Positions 50,455 to 63,007 of a DNA stretch of 64,000 nucleotides are shown piece by piece. Position numbers and translations under genes: made by a program. The notes beneath the pieces are model-generated. The model was given only the letters and a program-made list of their open reading frames with translations, ran no database searches and was not told the DNA's origin. The DNA comes from Mobula hypostoma (Eukaryota), in NCBI RefSeq assembly GCF_963921235.1, contig NC_086097.1, forward strand, positions 23,252,001 to 23,316,000, in the 5' to 3' direction. The stretch's first letter is position 1; every line of letters begins with the position of its first letter.

Positions 50455-52053
50455 TAGGATACAGGCTCTAAGGAGGTAGTGCTGAGCAAACTTGTAGGCT
50501 TGAAGATAGATAAGTCCCCTGGTCCTGATGGAATGCATTAGAGGGTACCGAAACAAATGGCAGAAGTTACAGTAGAGGTTTTGGTGATATTTTACCAAAA
50601 TTTTCTGGTCTCTGGGCAGGTCCCAGCAGATTGGAGGATGGCAAATATCATGCCACTGTTTAAAAAAGGATGTAGGCAAACAGCAGCTAACGATAGACCA
50701 GTTATTTTAACATCTGTAGTTGGGAAAATGCTTCAAGCTATCAATAAATAAGAAATAGCGAGGCATCTGAAAAGAAATGGATCCATCAGGCATACGCAGC
50801 ATGGATTCAGCAAAGGCTAGTCCTGTTTGACAAATTTACTGGAGTTCTTTGAGAATATAATGAACGCAGTGGATAGAGGGGAAGAGATGGACGTTATTTC
50901 CTTGGATTTTCAGAAGGCGTTCAATAAGGTGCCACATAAAAGACATATCTATAAGATAAGAATGGGGGTGATGGATAGAGGATTGGTTAACCAACAGAAA
51001 GCAGGGAGTTAGGATACATGAGTGTTACTCTGGTTGGCAATCAGTGGTGAATGGTGTGCTGCAGGAGTCAGTGTTGGGCCTGCAACTTTTCACGATATAC
51101 ATTATCGATCTGGAAGAGGGGACCGAATGTAGTGAATCTAAGTTTGCTGATGATAGTAAATTGAGTGGAAAAGCAAATTGTGAAGAAGATATGGATAGTT
51201 ATCAGAGAACTCTAGATAGGTTGAGTGAGTGGGCAAGGGTCTGGCAGATGGAGTACAATGTGGGTAAATGTGAGGTCATCCACTTTGGAAGGAAATATGA
51301 AAGAGTAGATTATTATTTAAGTGTTAAAAAAAATGCAGCATACTGCTGTGCAGAGGGCTTGGGAGTACTTCACACAAAAATTGGTTGGCAGGTACAGCAG
51401 GCTATCAAGAAGGCAAATGGATTGTTGGCCTTTATTGCTAAAAGGATTAAATTTAAGAGCAGGGAAGTTATGCTGCAGTTGTACAGGGTACTGGTGAGGC
51501 TGCGTGCAGTTCTGGTCTCCTTACTCAAGGAAGGTTATACTGGTTTTGGAGACAGTGCAGAGGAGGTTCACCAGGTTGATTCCACAGATGAGGGGATTAG
51601 ACTATGAGGAGAGATTGCGTCACCTGGGACTGTACTCACTGGAATTCAGAAAAATGAGAGGAGATCTTATAGAAACATATAAAATTATGAAAGGGATAGA
51701 TAAGATAGGGGCAGGAAAGTTGCTTCCACTGGTAGGCGAGACTAAAACTAGGGGACATAGCCTCAAGATTTGGGGGAGTAGATTGAGGATGGAGATGAGG
51801 AGGAACTGCTTTTCCCTGAGAGTGGTGAATCTGTAGAATTCTCTGCCCAATGAAGTAGTGGAGGCTACCTCAGTAAATATATTTAAGACAGGGTTGGATA
51901 GGTGTTTGCATAGTAGGGAATTAAGGGTTATGGAGAAAAGGCAGGTAGGTGGAGATGAGTCCATGGCCAGATCAGCCATGGTCTTACTGAACAGCGAAGC
52001 AGGCTCGATAGGCCAGATGGCCTACTCCTGCTCCTGTTTCTTATGTTCTTATG
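50455..52053 (+). mobile_element. CR1 RT to 3' tail
   Basis: LDFQKAFNKVPH, SKFADDSKL, WQMEYNVGKCEVIHFG; ttcttatgttcttatg tail. Confidence 0.93.
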
Positions 52054-52875
52054 TAGGCCGTAAACAGCAGCTCACCAGGACCAGTTTTTCAAGTATTCCA
52101 CGTGTAGCCCATCTTACATCTTCTCAGCAGAGATACGTCTACTTGATGGAATGAGGTCTTTGGAGCTTCCGTTGCCGTTTCTCTAGCTCTACGGTTTTAC
52201 GGAATGGAGTGGCTAGCCCCACACCCACCTCCTTTCGCAACCAGGCTTGGTACTTTTCCCGCTAAGAATCCTACCAGTAAATCGAAAAGTTAACTCGGTT
52301 TCTCTCAATTCCAATGTCCCAGAATTATAAAGAGCTTCATTCTCCCAGAAATAACATTGAGAACAAAATAGTTTTAAAATCAAAATCTGCCTTCAAACAC
52401 AAAATAAAATCTAAAGAGTAAATATAATTTCAAGTCGCCTCTTTTGATATTGGGTATTATTGTATTTTCTGGTTATTTTCTTCAGAATGGAGTAATCTAT
52501 GCACAATCTATCACTATAGGCCAAGATAAACATACTTACTTTAAATCCTGTAATCCCCTTCTTTATGGATTTAAATCACTGCCCCAGCACCAAAGTACGT
52601 GTGTTGATTATGGATTTGCTGCCTGTTTTGTTCGCATGACAACAGGGATTTCTTCTGATAAACGGAATGTATTCTGACATACAGGTTTTTTAAAACACAT
52701 GTCAAATATGTCCAAAGCCTAATACTTTAAGTATTTTAATATAGACGAACCTGAGCAGATTGCAAGTCAGAAATAGAGCTGCAAAGCCAGTTCCTACACA
52801 CAACAAAAGATCCTTGCAGCAGCCAGTAAATCAGAAACTCAGTCTTGTGTACAGACTGTACATAAACTGGGAATT

Positions 52876-53495
52876 TGTACACCTGCTCGGTAATGCATAT
52901 ATCTCATCAGCCAATTACCTGGCAACAACTCAGTGGATAAAAGAATGCAGACATGGTCAACAGGTTCAGTTGTTGTTCAGACCTAATAACAGAATGGGGA
53001 AGAAATTTGACCTTAGTGACTTTGACTATGGAATGATTGTTGGTGCCAGACGGGTTGCTTGAATATCTCAGAAACTGCTGATCTCCTGGGATTTTCACAC
53101 ACAAAGTCTCCAGAGCAGGGGTTCCCAGCCTGGGGTCATGGACTCCTCAGTTAATGGTATTCGGCCATGAGATAATAAAGGTTTGGAATCCTTGCTCTAG
53201 AGCTTCCTAAAAATGGTGCAAAAAACCTAAAACACCAAGTGAGCCGCAGTTCTGTGGGTGAAAATGCCTTGTTGATGAGAGAGGTCAGATAAGAATAGCT
53301 AGACTGGCTCAAGCTGAGAGGAAAGCGATGGGAACTCAAATAACCATGCATTAAAACAGTGGTGTGCAGACGAACATCTCCGAGTGCACAACATGTCAAG
53401 CATTGAAGCAGGTGAGCTACAGAAGCAGAAGACTACGAATGTACATTCAGTGGCCACTATATTAGGTACAAGAGGTATCTAATTAAATGGTCACT
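52876..53495 (+). mobile_element. Non-autonomous Tc1-like element (transposase N-terminus only)
   Basis: MGKKFDLSDFDYGMIVGARR HTH-like start; second copy at 54987-55465. Confidence 0.85.
53116..53194. mobile_element. 79-bp hAT (Charlie-like) MITE
   Basis: TIR caggggttcccagcct / aggtttggaatccttg; 8-bp TSD ctccagag/ctctagag (53108-53115, 53195-53202). Confidence 0.85.
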
Positions 53496-54409
53496 ACAAA
53501 TAGACTTAAGGTAAGAAACATAGAAACACAGAAAACCTACAGCACAATACAGGCCCTTCAGCCCACAATGCTGTGCCGAACATGTACTTACTTTAGAGAT
53601 AAAAGGTTTGGAGGAGAATTTGGGATTTTGTTTCAACCATTGTGTGTGGAGGTCAGGAATTCACTGGTTGCAAAGGCACTGAAAGAAGAAAAGCTCACCC
53701 CATTTATATTTTAGTTGGTTTCATTCCCTTAAGGGATTTTATCTGGATGAACGCTTCATGTAGTATATCCTATAAATTAAGAGCTGAAATTGGAGACCTG
53801 TAGATTAAATGGTATCTTTCTGTACTGGAAATCTTTGATTTTATGAAACATGAAAGTTGAGGTTAGAATGGAGCATATTGATTGATTATTAGTGCCGCCA
53901 TGTTAATGTTTCATTGTACGTGGAACGCTGAGGGGTAACGAGAGAAACGGACTGAAGTTGGGGGTATGTTAATGTTTGCTAGATTTAATAACTCTCCATC
54001 GTTTGCCTTAAGAGGAATTAAGAGATATAAAAAAAGAAATAAAAATTAGCATGGGGAACTGAAATAACAAAATTGTGGAAAATAATTGAAACAAAAGAAT
54101 GAGGAAGGGAGGAAGGAGAAAATGGAAGAGAACAGATAATAATAGCTCATTTAAATACATTTTATGAAGTATTTTATTAAAAATGCTCTTTAAACAATAC
54201 TGAAAAAGTGAGTTTAATTTCAGTTGTTATCTCATCTAATTTCAGTTCATGAATCTAATTATAAAATCAAGACTTGTGGTGAAGTACAAAGATGTGAATT
54301 AAATGGAACATCAAGAGCCCTCACTGTGTAATGGAAGTCATATTTCTATCAGACAATTAATCAACTGAAAGGACATGGCATCCAGGAAGAGAAATATATT
54401 GGGGAAGAA

Positions 54410-54880
54410 TAATTCTTTATTCTTTATAGGATATCACATAATTGCTCCCAGTGGTATCTCTATTTGCCCTTGAGAATGTGGTGATCTCTAGCCATGAGCC
54501 AGCTTCCTGAACTGATACAACCTTCTCATGAAAGTGCTTCCACATTGTTGTTGGTAATGAGCTATAAAGTTTAGCCCCAATAACTGAGGAAGCAGTGATA
54601 CATTTCCAAATCCGAGGTGAACCTACAGGGGTGTCATTCACATGCATCAGTTACCTATGTCCTTCTTGGTGGATGAACTAGGCTGGGTTAACACTCCACG
54701 GTGCAGTTTCAATGGCCTGGTAGTGGAGGGAGAGAGGGTTTAGTGTCGTTAACATCAATCTAAGATTCTCCCTTGTTGGAGAAGATCTTTGCCTGATACT
54801 TATTTAGCATAAATATTACTCCCCACTAATCAGTCCATATCTGAATGTTGTCTAGTTCTTGTAGATCTCGCTATTTGCAG
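54410..54880 (-). mobile_element. Ancient CR1/L2-group LINE 3' remnant
   Basis: diverged; same 3' end seems present at 41670-41830(+) and 45850-45990(-). Confidence 0.5.
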
Positions 54881-54986
54881 GTAAGGGCTGAGGGATGTTC
54901 CCATACTGAGTGAATGGAATTAAATACCTTGCTTAGTTGTGTTTACTTGCTGCTTAAATATATCTACAAATTAGCCATATTATATA

Positions 54987-55465
54987 CAGTCAGTGGCTTC
55001 TTTATTAGGCACACCAGCTTGTTGATGCAAAATCAGCCATCATGTAGCAGCATCTCAAAGCATAAAAGCATACAGACATGGTCAAGAGGTTCAGGGGTTG
55101 TTCAGACCAAACTTTAGAATGGGGAAGAAATGTGATCTAAGGGACTTTGACCGTGGAATGATTGTTAATGCTAGATGGGATGGTTTGAGTATCTCAGAAA
55201 TGGCTGATATCCTAGTATTTTCACATCCGACTGTCTCCAGACTTTGCAAAGAGTGGTGCAATAATCAAGAAAAAATTCAGTGAGTGCCAGTTCTGTGGAC
55301 AAAAACGGATCGTTAATGAAAGAGGTCAGAGGAGAATGGCCAGACTGTTTGAAGTTGACAGGAAAGTGTCTGTAATTCATGTATTACACCAGTGGTGTGC
55401 AGAAGAGCATCTCTGAATACACAACACATCAAACCTTGAAGTGGATGGGTTAGAGCGGCAGAAGC
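54987..55465 (+). mobile_element. Non-autonomous Tc1-like element, second copy
   Basis: TA then cagtcagtggcttctttattagg TIR; MGKKCDLRDFDRGMIVNARWDGLSISEMADIL. Confidence 0.85.
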
Positions 55466-56216
55466 AAGCTTGCACCCTCTTGCTTATCTGTCTCCACTCC
55501 TGTCCTAAAAATATACTGCTTCCACTGGAGTCAAAGATTCATACTGCGGTGAAACAGGCCAACTGATCATGGCATCCTCCCAGCTAGTCCCATTTGCCTG
55601 CATTCAGAGCATAACCCGTCAAGCCAATCAAATGCCTCTTTGATATTAATATTATACCAACATCAACCAGTTCCTCTGACAAGACAGTATGAGAAAAGGA
55701 ATTTCAAACTTAACACTCTTTGAGAAAATAACCAATTATTTAATTTAAAACCACAACCCCTCATCTTTAAAGAGTAACACAAGAGTTTCTGAAGATGCTG
55801 GAAATTGAGAGTATCAGGAGGGGGAGGAGTACAATTTAGGAAGTGATAGATGAAGCCAGGTGAGTGGGGAAGATGGGTGGATGGATGAGTGTGTAGGTGT
55901 GTGGAGGAGAGGAGGGTTGAAGTGAGAATTTGGTAGGTGATAGGTGGAAAACGTAAACCAATAATCCTTTAATTGTAGTTTCTTCTACAAGAAGACACAG
56001 CCTGTTCACATTCATATATGAGAACCCTTCATGATCTCATATCTTTCAAATCAGTGACCTCTCGTCCTTCTAACCACCAGTAGATACAACCTTTTTTTAA
56101 AAGTTTATTGATATACGGCATAGTGTGGCCCTTCCAGCACTTCGAGCCACACCTCCCAGTAATTCCCCAAACTTCCCCAAACTTCATCCTAGCCTAATCA
56201 CGGGACAATTTACAAT

Positions 56217-57511
56217 AAGACCATAAGACGTAGGAGCAGATTAGGCCATTCAGCCCATCAAGTCTGCTGCGCTATTCCATCATGGCTGATCCCGGATCCC
56301 ACTCAACCTCATACATCTGCCTTCTCGCCATAACACTTGATGCCCTGACCAATCAGGAGTCTATTAACCTGTGTTTTAAATATATCCGCAGAATTGGCCG
56401 CCACCACTGTCTCTGGCAGAACATTCCACAAATTCACCACTCTTTGCTAAAAAAAATTCCTCCCTACCTCTGTTCAAAAAGATCACCCCCCAGTTTTGAG
56501 GCTGTGCCCGCTAGTTCTGGATGCCCCCACCAGAGGAAGCATCCTCTCCACATCCACCTTATCTCGTGCTTTCAACATTCCATGGTTTTCAATAAGATCC
56601 CCATGCATTCTTCTAAATTTCAGTGGGTACAGGCCCAAAGCTGCCAAACACTCCTCATATATTAACCCCTACATTCCCAGAATCATCCTCGTGAACCTCC
56701 TCTGGACTGTCTCCAATGGCAATACACCCTTTTTGAGGTAAGGGGCGTAATAACATTGTTGACAATATTCCAAAGTGCGGCCTGACTAGTGCCATATAAA
56801 GCTTCAGCATTGTCCTCTTGTTTTTATATTCTACTCCCCTTGAAATAAATGCCAACATTGCATTTGCCTTCTTTTCCACAGACTGAACCTGTGAATTAAC
56901 CTTCTGGGAGTTTTGCATAAGTCCCTATGCATCGTTGATGTTTGAATATTTTTCCCATTCAGATAATAGTCTGCACTATTGTTCCTTTTACCAAAACGCA
57001 TTTTCATACATTTCCCAACAATATATTTCATTTGTCACTTTTTTGCCTATTCTTCCATTTTGTCTAAGCACCTACACCTCCACCTATCTTCGTATCATCC
57101 GCAAACTTTGCCAGGGAGCCATCAATTCCATATCCAAATCATTGACAAACAATGTGAAAAATAGTGGTCCCAATACTGACCCCTGAGGAACACCACTAGT
57201 CACTGGCAGCCAACCAGAAAAGGCCCCCTTTATTTCCACTCACTGCCTCCAGCCTGTCAGCCATTCCTCTATCCATGCCAGTATCTTTCCTGCAACACCA
57301 TAGGATTTTATCTTGTTAGGCAGCTTCAAGTGAGTCATCTTATCAAATGCCTTCTGAAAATCTAAGTAAATGTTATCTACTGCTTCTCCTTTGTCCACCC
57401 TGCTCGCTACTGCTTCGAAGAATTCCAACAAGTTTGTGAGGCAAGATTTTGCTTGACAGAAACTCTTCTGATTTGACTTATTTTATCATTATGACCATAT
57501 TTTTGACTTAC
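56217..57511 (-). mobile_element. CR1 3' portion inserted into a V-SINE (56100-56216 and 57512-57682)
   Basis: YLDFQKAFDKM; 8-bp TSD tttacaat (56209-56216, 57512-57519). Confidence 0.9.
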
Positions 57512-57864
57512 TTTACAATGACAAATTAACCTACCAACTGGTACATCTTTGTAATGTGGGAGGAACCCAGAGCTCCCGGAGGAAATCCATGTAGTCACGG
57601 GGAGAACATACAAACTCCTTACAGGAAATGAACCCTGTTCGCCAGTGCTGGAAACTGTTGTGTTAACCACTGCTCTAACCTATTGCTCTCTTAACTGATC
57701 CATCGTACTATCATAAGGAAACCTGCCCTTCCAGGAATGAGTCTAGTAAATCTTCACTAATCTGCTACTAATGTATTAAAATCTGTACTGATATAAGCCA
57801 TTGACAAAGCAGGATGGTTTAATGGGAGGACAATAGGATGGGAGAACAAACAAGGGTTATTCTT

Positions 57865-58612
57865 GCACAGTGAATGCTTAGGCACTGAGGAGTGCAGTGG
57901 AACAAAGGAATGTGGGAATACCAATCCATAGTTCCGTGAAAGTAGCTTCACAAGTAGATAGGGCCATAAATAGAGTTTTTGGCAAATTGGCTTTCATAAA
58001 TCAAAGTATAGAGTACAAAAGTTGGGATGTTTTGTTGACGTTGTATAAGATGTTGGTGAGACCTAATTTAGAGTATTGTGTGCAGTTTTGTTCACATACC
58101 TACAGACAAGAAATTAATAAGATGGGAACAGCACAGAAAAAAATTACAGGGATATTAACAAGACTTGAGGACCTGACTTATAGAAAAGGCTAAATAGTTA
58201 AAGACTTCATTCCCTGGAGTGTAGGAAGGTGATGGGAGATTTGACAGAGGTACACATAATTATGGGGGGTATAGACAGGGTAAATCCAGGCAGGCTTTTT
58301 TCCACTGAGGCTGGGTGTGGCTAGAACTAGAGGTCATGGCCTGAGGGAGAAAGGTGAAATATTTAAGGGGAACCTGAGGGGGAACTCCTCCACTCAGAGG
58401 GTGTCGCGAGTGTGGAACAAGCTGCCAGATGAAGTGTTCAATGCGTAATTGATTGCAACATTTAAGAGTAATTTAGATAAGGACATATATGGGAGGAGTA
58501 TGAAGGGGTATGGTCCAGGTACAGGTTGATGGGACTAGACAGAATAACAATCTGGCACTGACTAGATGAGCTGAAGGGCCTGTTTCTATGCTGCAGTGCA
58601 CATTGACTCTGC
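57865..58612 (+). mobile_element. CR1 3' fragment
   Basis: LYKMLVRPNLEYCVQF. Confidence 0.88.
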
Positions 58613-59044
58613 GACAGCTTCTCAAATCTCAGTGCAACCATCCATGGTGCACAAAGAGTTAATGCTACTACATGTTACCACAGCTGCATCGAATTTTTAT
58701 GACACTTAAGCAAAATTGATCCACTTAAAAGTCACAAGCTTTAGAACTTTAAAAAATCTTTGTTTTACCAAGGTTCGATAAAGCTCATTAGAAATGTTAA
58801 TGCGAACATCTGGGGTTGGAGGAAAAGCTCTTCTAATCCAGTGGCAGTCGACATAATTAACCAAGAAATTACTTTGGAAGATCAGGGTGTTAATGAGATG
58901 ATAGTCTCTTGTGTTTGGCATAAGAAAAAGAAATATATATATATAGTAATATGCAGGATTGGTGGAATATTAAAATTCTCGGTTTTTTTTCTTTGATATA
59001 AAAGATTTTTAACCTGGTGTCATATATGGTATTTTATACCATGC

Positions 59045-59280
59045 AATAGATATTGAGGCATCTCGCACTGCTCTTCTTGGGCAATGGTATGATCAGTATG
59101 ATCATCTTCCTTTCGAAGCAGTTGGGAATCTCTGCAGCAGTGAGAGATTGAAGATGTACTTGAATGTTTCTTCCAGTTGGTTGGCACAGGCTTTTCAATG
59201 CCCTACCAGATACATCATCAGGACCTGATGCCTTGAGAGTAGTCACCTTCTTGTAAGATGTTATAGCTGAGATTGGCCAC
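59045..59280 (-). mobile_element. Rex1-type RT N-terminal fragment
   Basis: KASGPDDVSGRALK...IPNCF...IIPLPKK. Confidence 0.7.
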
Positions 59281-59559
59281 AACTGAAGTGCCAGATGACT
59301 GGAGGCTGGCAAATGATGTCTTGTATTCCAGAAAGACTCAGGCCTGCCCTGCTAATTGGTGGCCGTGTTTTGGCACTGGGATTTTAATGTTTAAAGAGCA
59401 CCTGAACTGAGGTTCAGTGCTCAATTATTAGCCCTACTTTGGGTTCTCGTTGAGCTTAGAACCCTGTCCTCATTTCAGTCTCATGTCATGTTTTGATTCT
59501 GGTCTTGGATATTCCAGCACTTGGGTGCTAACCATCCTTGCCAAGGTCACTCATCACAA

Positions 59560-60160
59560 TAGAAGCAGATGGTCGTATGACCAATCAAGCGAATCAAGAA
59601 GAGCTGGATCTCGAACCATCCTGACGTCATGGCAGCAAGAAGTGTGGTCAATGCTTGTCATGCCGAGCTTAGGAGGAGCGAAACAGAAGAGCTGAGAGAC
59701 AAGTTCAAGACAGCAAAGAAAAATCTCTTTGCCACCTATGACTGACCGAAGGAAGAGGAACTAGCTGAGAGGATTAGAGAGGTAGAGGCTGCTAATGAAG
59801 ACAAGCAGCATGGAGAAGCATGGCGCCTAGTCAACAGATCAGTAGATGGAAGAAATCCCCATCAGGTCAAAAAAATGGCAAAACAGCAGAGGATCATGTC
59901 CAGACATGGTTTACCCACTTTAAGAACCTGCTGGGAAGCCCTCCAACGATCACAGAAGAAGAAGAGGACATACCCACGATACTAACGTAAGTTGACATTG
60001 ATGACGGCCCATTCACCATTAAGGAACTGACGAAGGCCAAATCCGCACTCAAACAGGGCAGGAGCGCTGGTCCAGGTGGGATACCACCAGATATCCTGAA
60101 GAACTGCGACCTGGATGACATCTTGCTGGACATATGTAATACTGCACTGATGATAGGCGA
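59560..60160 (+). mobile_element. RTE-group LINE internal fragment (linker and start of RT)
   Basis: plus-strand translation QHGEAWRLVN...WFTHFKNLLG...DGPFTIKEL...GRSAGPGGIPPDILKNCDLDDILLDICN; family assignment from memory. Confidence 0.7.
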
Positions 60161-61849
60161 CAAATATATAAGACAAGCTTTTCACTGGAAATGTGACAAT
60201 AATAGTCCAATGCCAATACTTTCACATTGCCAGGTATATGTCAACACAATGATTGTCAACAGAATAAATGAATCCAATATAACCGAATTTAACATATAAT
60301 TTTACTGAGGATATTTCTGCATCATTTTTTACTACAGTGTTGTCTGAAATCTGGTAACAATGGCTAGTCAAAGTATTCCATTCTCAAAGCATTTGTTGTT
60401 GGAGTGAGATTTACTCCAACGGAATAATAATAGTCGGTCATAGGCTAGAGGTTGGATTCAAGATTCAAGATCGTTCAATGCCATTTAATGTACACAGTGT
60501 AAAGGAGAAAAACGTAATCGTTTCTCTGAAATAATTGTTGCTCTGGAGGCTCAGTGGTTGTGAGTCTGAGAATCCAGGCTGAGGACTGGAGGCCTGGAGG
60601 AGGCCTGTCCTGGGGTTGGAGGCTTGTGTGTGCAAAGGGGTGAGAAGATGGGAAAAAGGCTTGCTTTGCTGTCGTTGCTGCTGCTTGTGGTGTTCCGTGT
60701 TGTGAGTTGCGTTGTTGTTGCTGTTGGCACCAGTGCATGTGGCGACACTTGTGGGCTGAGCCCAGTACATCCTCGGGTGTTATTAACTCAAATAACGCAT
60801 TTCACTGCATGTTTTGATGTACATGTGACAAAGCTGAATCCAGATCTATGCCACTGTTGAAAAGAATGCTATCTGAGTTTCTGTTGACCCCTTATGTGAT
60901 GTGGTTAGATGTTCCTACTCGGTCAGGAGCACTGGCTGTAGTGTTGAAACTATAACCTGTATTCGTATAAGTTTCTGTGCTTTGCTCACTGCGTTCCACT
61001 TCGCACTAATACCATACCACCTTATTTTCACTTGTCCGTAAACCATGGAAGAAGCACAAAAATCAGATTATTAAAATGCCTAAACACAGGAGATTCTGCA
61101 GAGCAATACACAACAAAATGCAGGAGGAACTCAATAGATCAGGCAGTATCTACAGGGAGGAATATACACTCGACATTTTGGGCTGAGACCCTCAGCAATA
61201 CCTAACTATTTTGGGGAAACTGACTGGGAAATTGCTTCGTGATCTCACAGTGGCCTGGAATCAATCCAACTTTTGTTGTGGGAACAAGAAGCTATGTAAT
61301 CCTTGAAACCTCTGTGGTATTCTTCCAATTCCACCCCCCACCCCCAAAGGTCATTCTAGTGTAGTTGGCCAGTGGAAAAACTTTCAGGATATACTGGGCA
61401 CATGCAAGAAAACAGGTGAAAGGGAACTGGTAGGTATAGAGTTGATGAGATTGCTTTGAAAGCTGGCATAGTATTAACAGATTGAGTAGTTCCCCACTGT
61501 GTCAGAAGAAAAAAATCAACATTGACTTGATATTGTCAGTTAATTTCAACAGAGTACAGTTAAAGATCAGCATATTATATTCTATTGTGGGATGTGATTC
61601 GTGTGAGCAAGACTTAGTTATTTCCCAACTCGAAGATGATGACTTGCTGCTTCTAGAGCCACTGCATTTCAGTAGCGCACTTAGATTTTGACCAAGCTTG
61701 GATGAAGGGACACCAATATCTTAAGATCTTCCCTCCTGTGTCCTTTGAGAAAGGAAATTCCAAAGACTCTCAAACCTGCAGTTTTGCCTTACCTGCCTTA
61801 AGTGGACAATCCTTAGTTTTGAACAGTGACCGCTATTTCTTGCAGATAG

Positions 61850-62178
61850 ATAAGTTTTATTTTTCCACATGTATATAGAAACATACAGTGAAATGTGTCC
61901 ATTTGCATCAATGACAAACACAACTGAAAGAATATTTTAAGGCAACCTGCAAATGTCACCACACTTACAATGCCACATAGAATACCCAAAACTCACTGAC
62001 CCTACCCTAACCGTACATCTTTGGAATGTGGGAGGAAGCCAGAGCACCAGGAAGAAGCCTATACATTCATGGGGAAAATGTACAAATCCCTTACAGACAG
62101 CAGTGGGAATCAAACTCCTATCGATGGTGCCTGGTTACTGTAAAGCAAATGCACTAACCACTAGTCTATCATGCCTCC
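61850..62178 (-). mobile_element. V-SINE with Rex1-like tail
   Basis: core at 62015-62100; tail matches 28845-28910. Confidence 0.78.
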
Positions 62179-62404
62179 CAAAAAAAGAAAATCTCCTCTC
62201 TGCGTCCGCCTTTTAAGATTCTTTTCAGGAGTGTATGTTTCAATTAAGTCCCACGTTGGTGTGTTAAGCTCTAATGGATACTTGTCTACCTTGTCCAACT
62301 TTCTGCATGATACCCTGTCTACTCCATGAATTATTAATTATATAATAAAAAATCCCTGGCATGGGTACATTGTCTTTTGCAGAAAGGTTGAGTAAAGAGA
62401 AACC

Positions 62405-62680
62405 GTATAACCATATAACAGTTACAGCACAGAAACAGGCCACCTCGGCCCTTCTAGTCCGTGCCGAACTCTTACTCTCACCTAGTCCCACCGACTTGCA
62501 TTCAACCCATCACCCTCCATTCCTTTCCTGTCCATATATCTATCCAATTTAACTTTAAACGACAACATCGAACCTGCCTCAACCACTTCTGCTTGAAGCT
62601 CGTTCCACACAGTTACCACTCTCTGAGTAAAGAAGTTCCCCCTCATGTTACCCCTAAACTTTTGCCCTTTAACTCTCAAC
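62405..62680 (-). mobile_element. Young CR1 3' end
   Basis: RGNFFTQRVVTVWNEL...KLDRYMD. Confidence 0.9.
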
Positions 62681-62835
62681 CCAGCAAGTCAGATAACAGC
62701 AGAGAGGGTAATAAGCAGCTAATGTTATGGACTGAGATCCTTCATCAGGACTGATGAAGGGTCTCGCTCAGAAGATCGACGGCTCTTTCTGTGCATTGCT
62801 CAAGATTTCCTGCATTTGCAGAATCTCTTTTTTAT
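62680..62835. mobile_element. Head-to-head Penelope pLTR pieces (fold-back)
   Basis: gagatccttcatcag-ga-ctgatgaagggtctc, 14/15 paired. Confidence 0.7.
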
Positions 62836-63007
62836 GACTTGTCACAAATTCCAGGTATTAACTAATAAACATCTGAACTTCTATCAAAGTATGAGCATAC
62901 ATCTGTGTACAGACCAGTTATAAATGCCCGAGTCATGGACACCCATGCATACAAAGGGGCTCCTACTCAAAAGCCTGATATACTTACATACATCTGTTCC
63001 TACAAAT

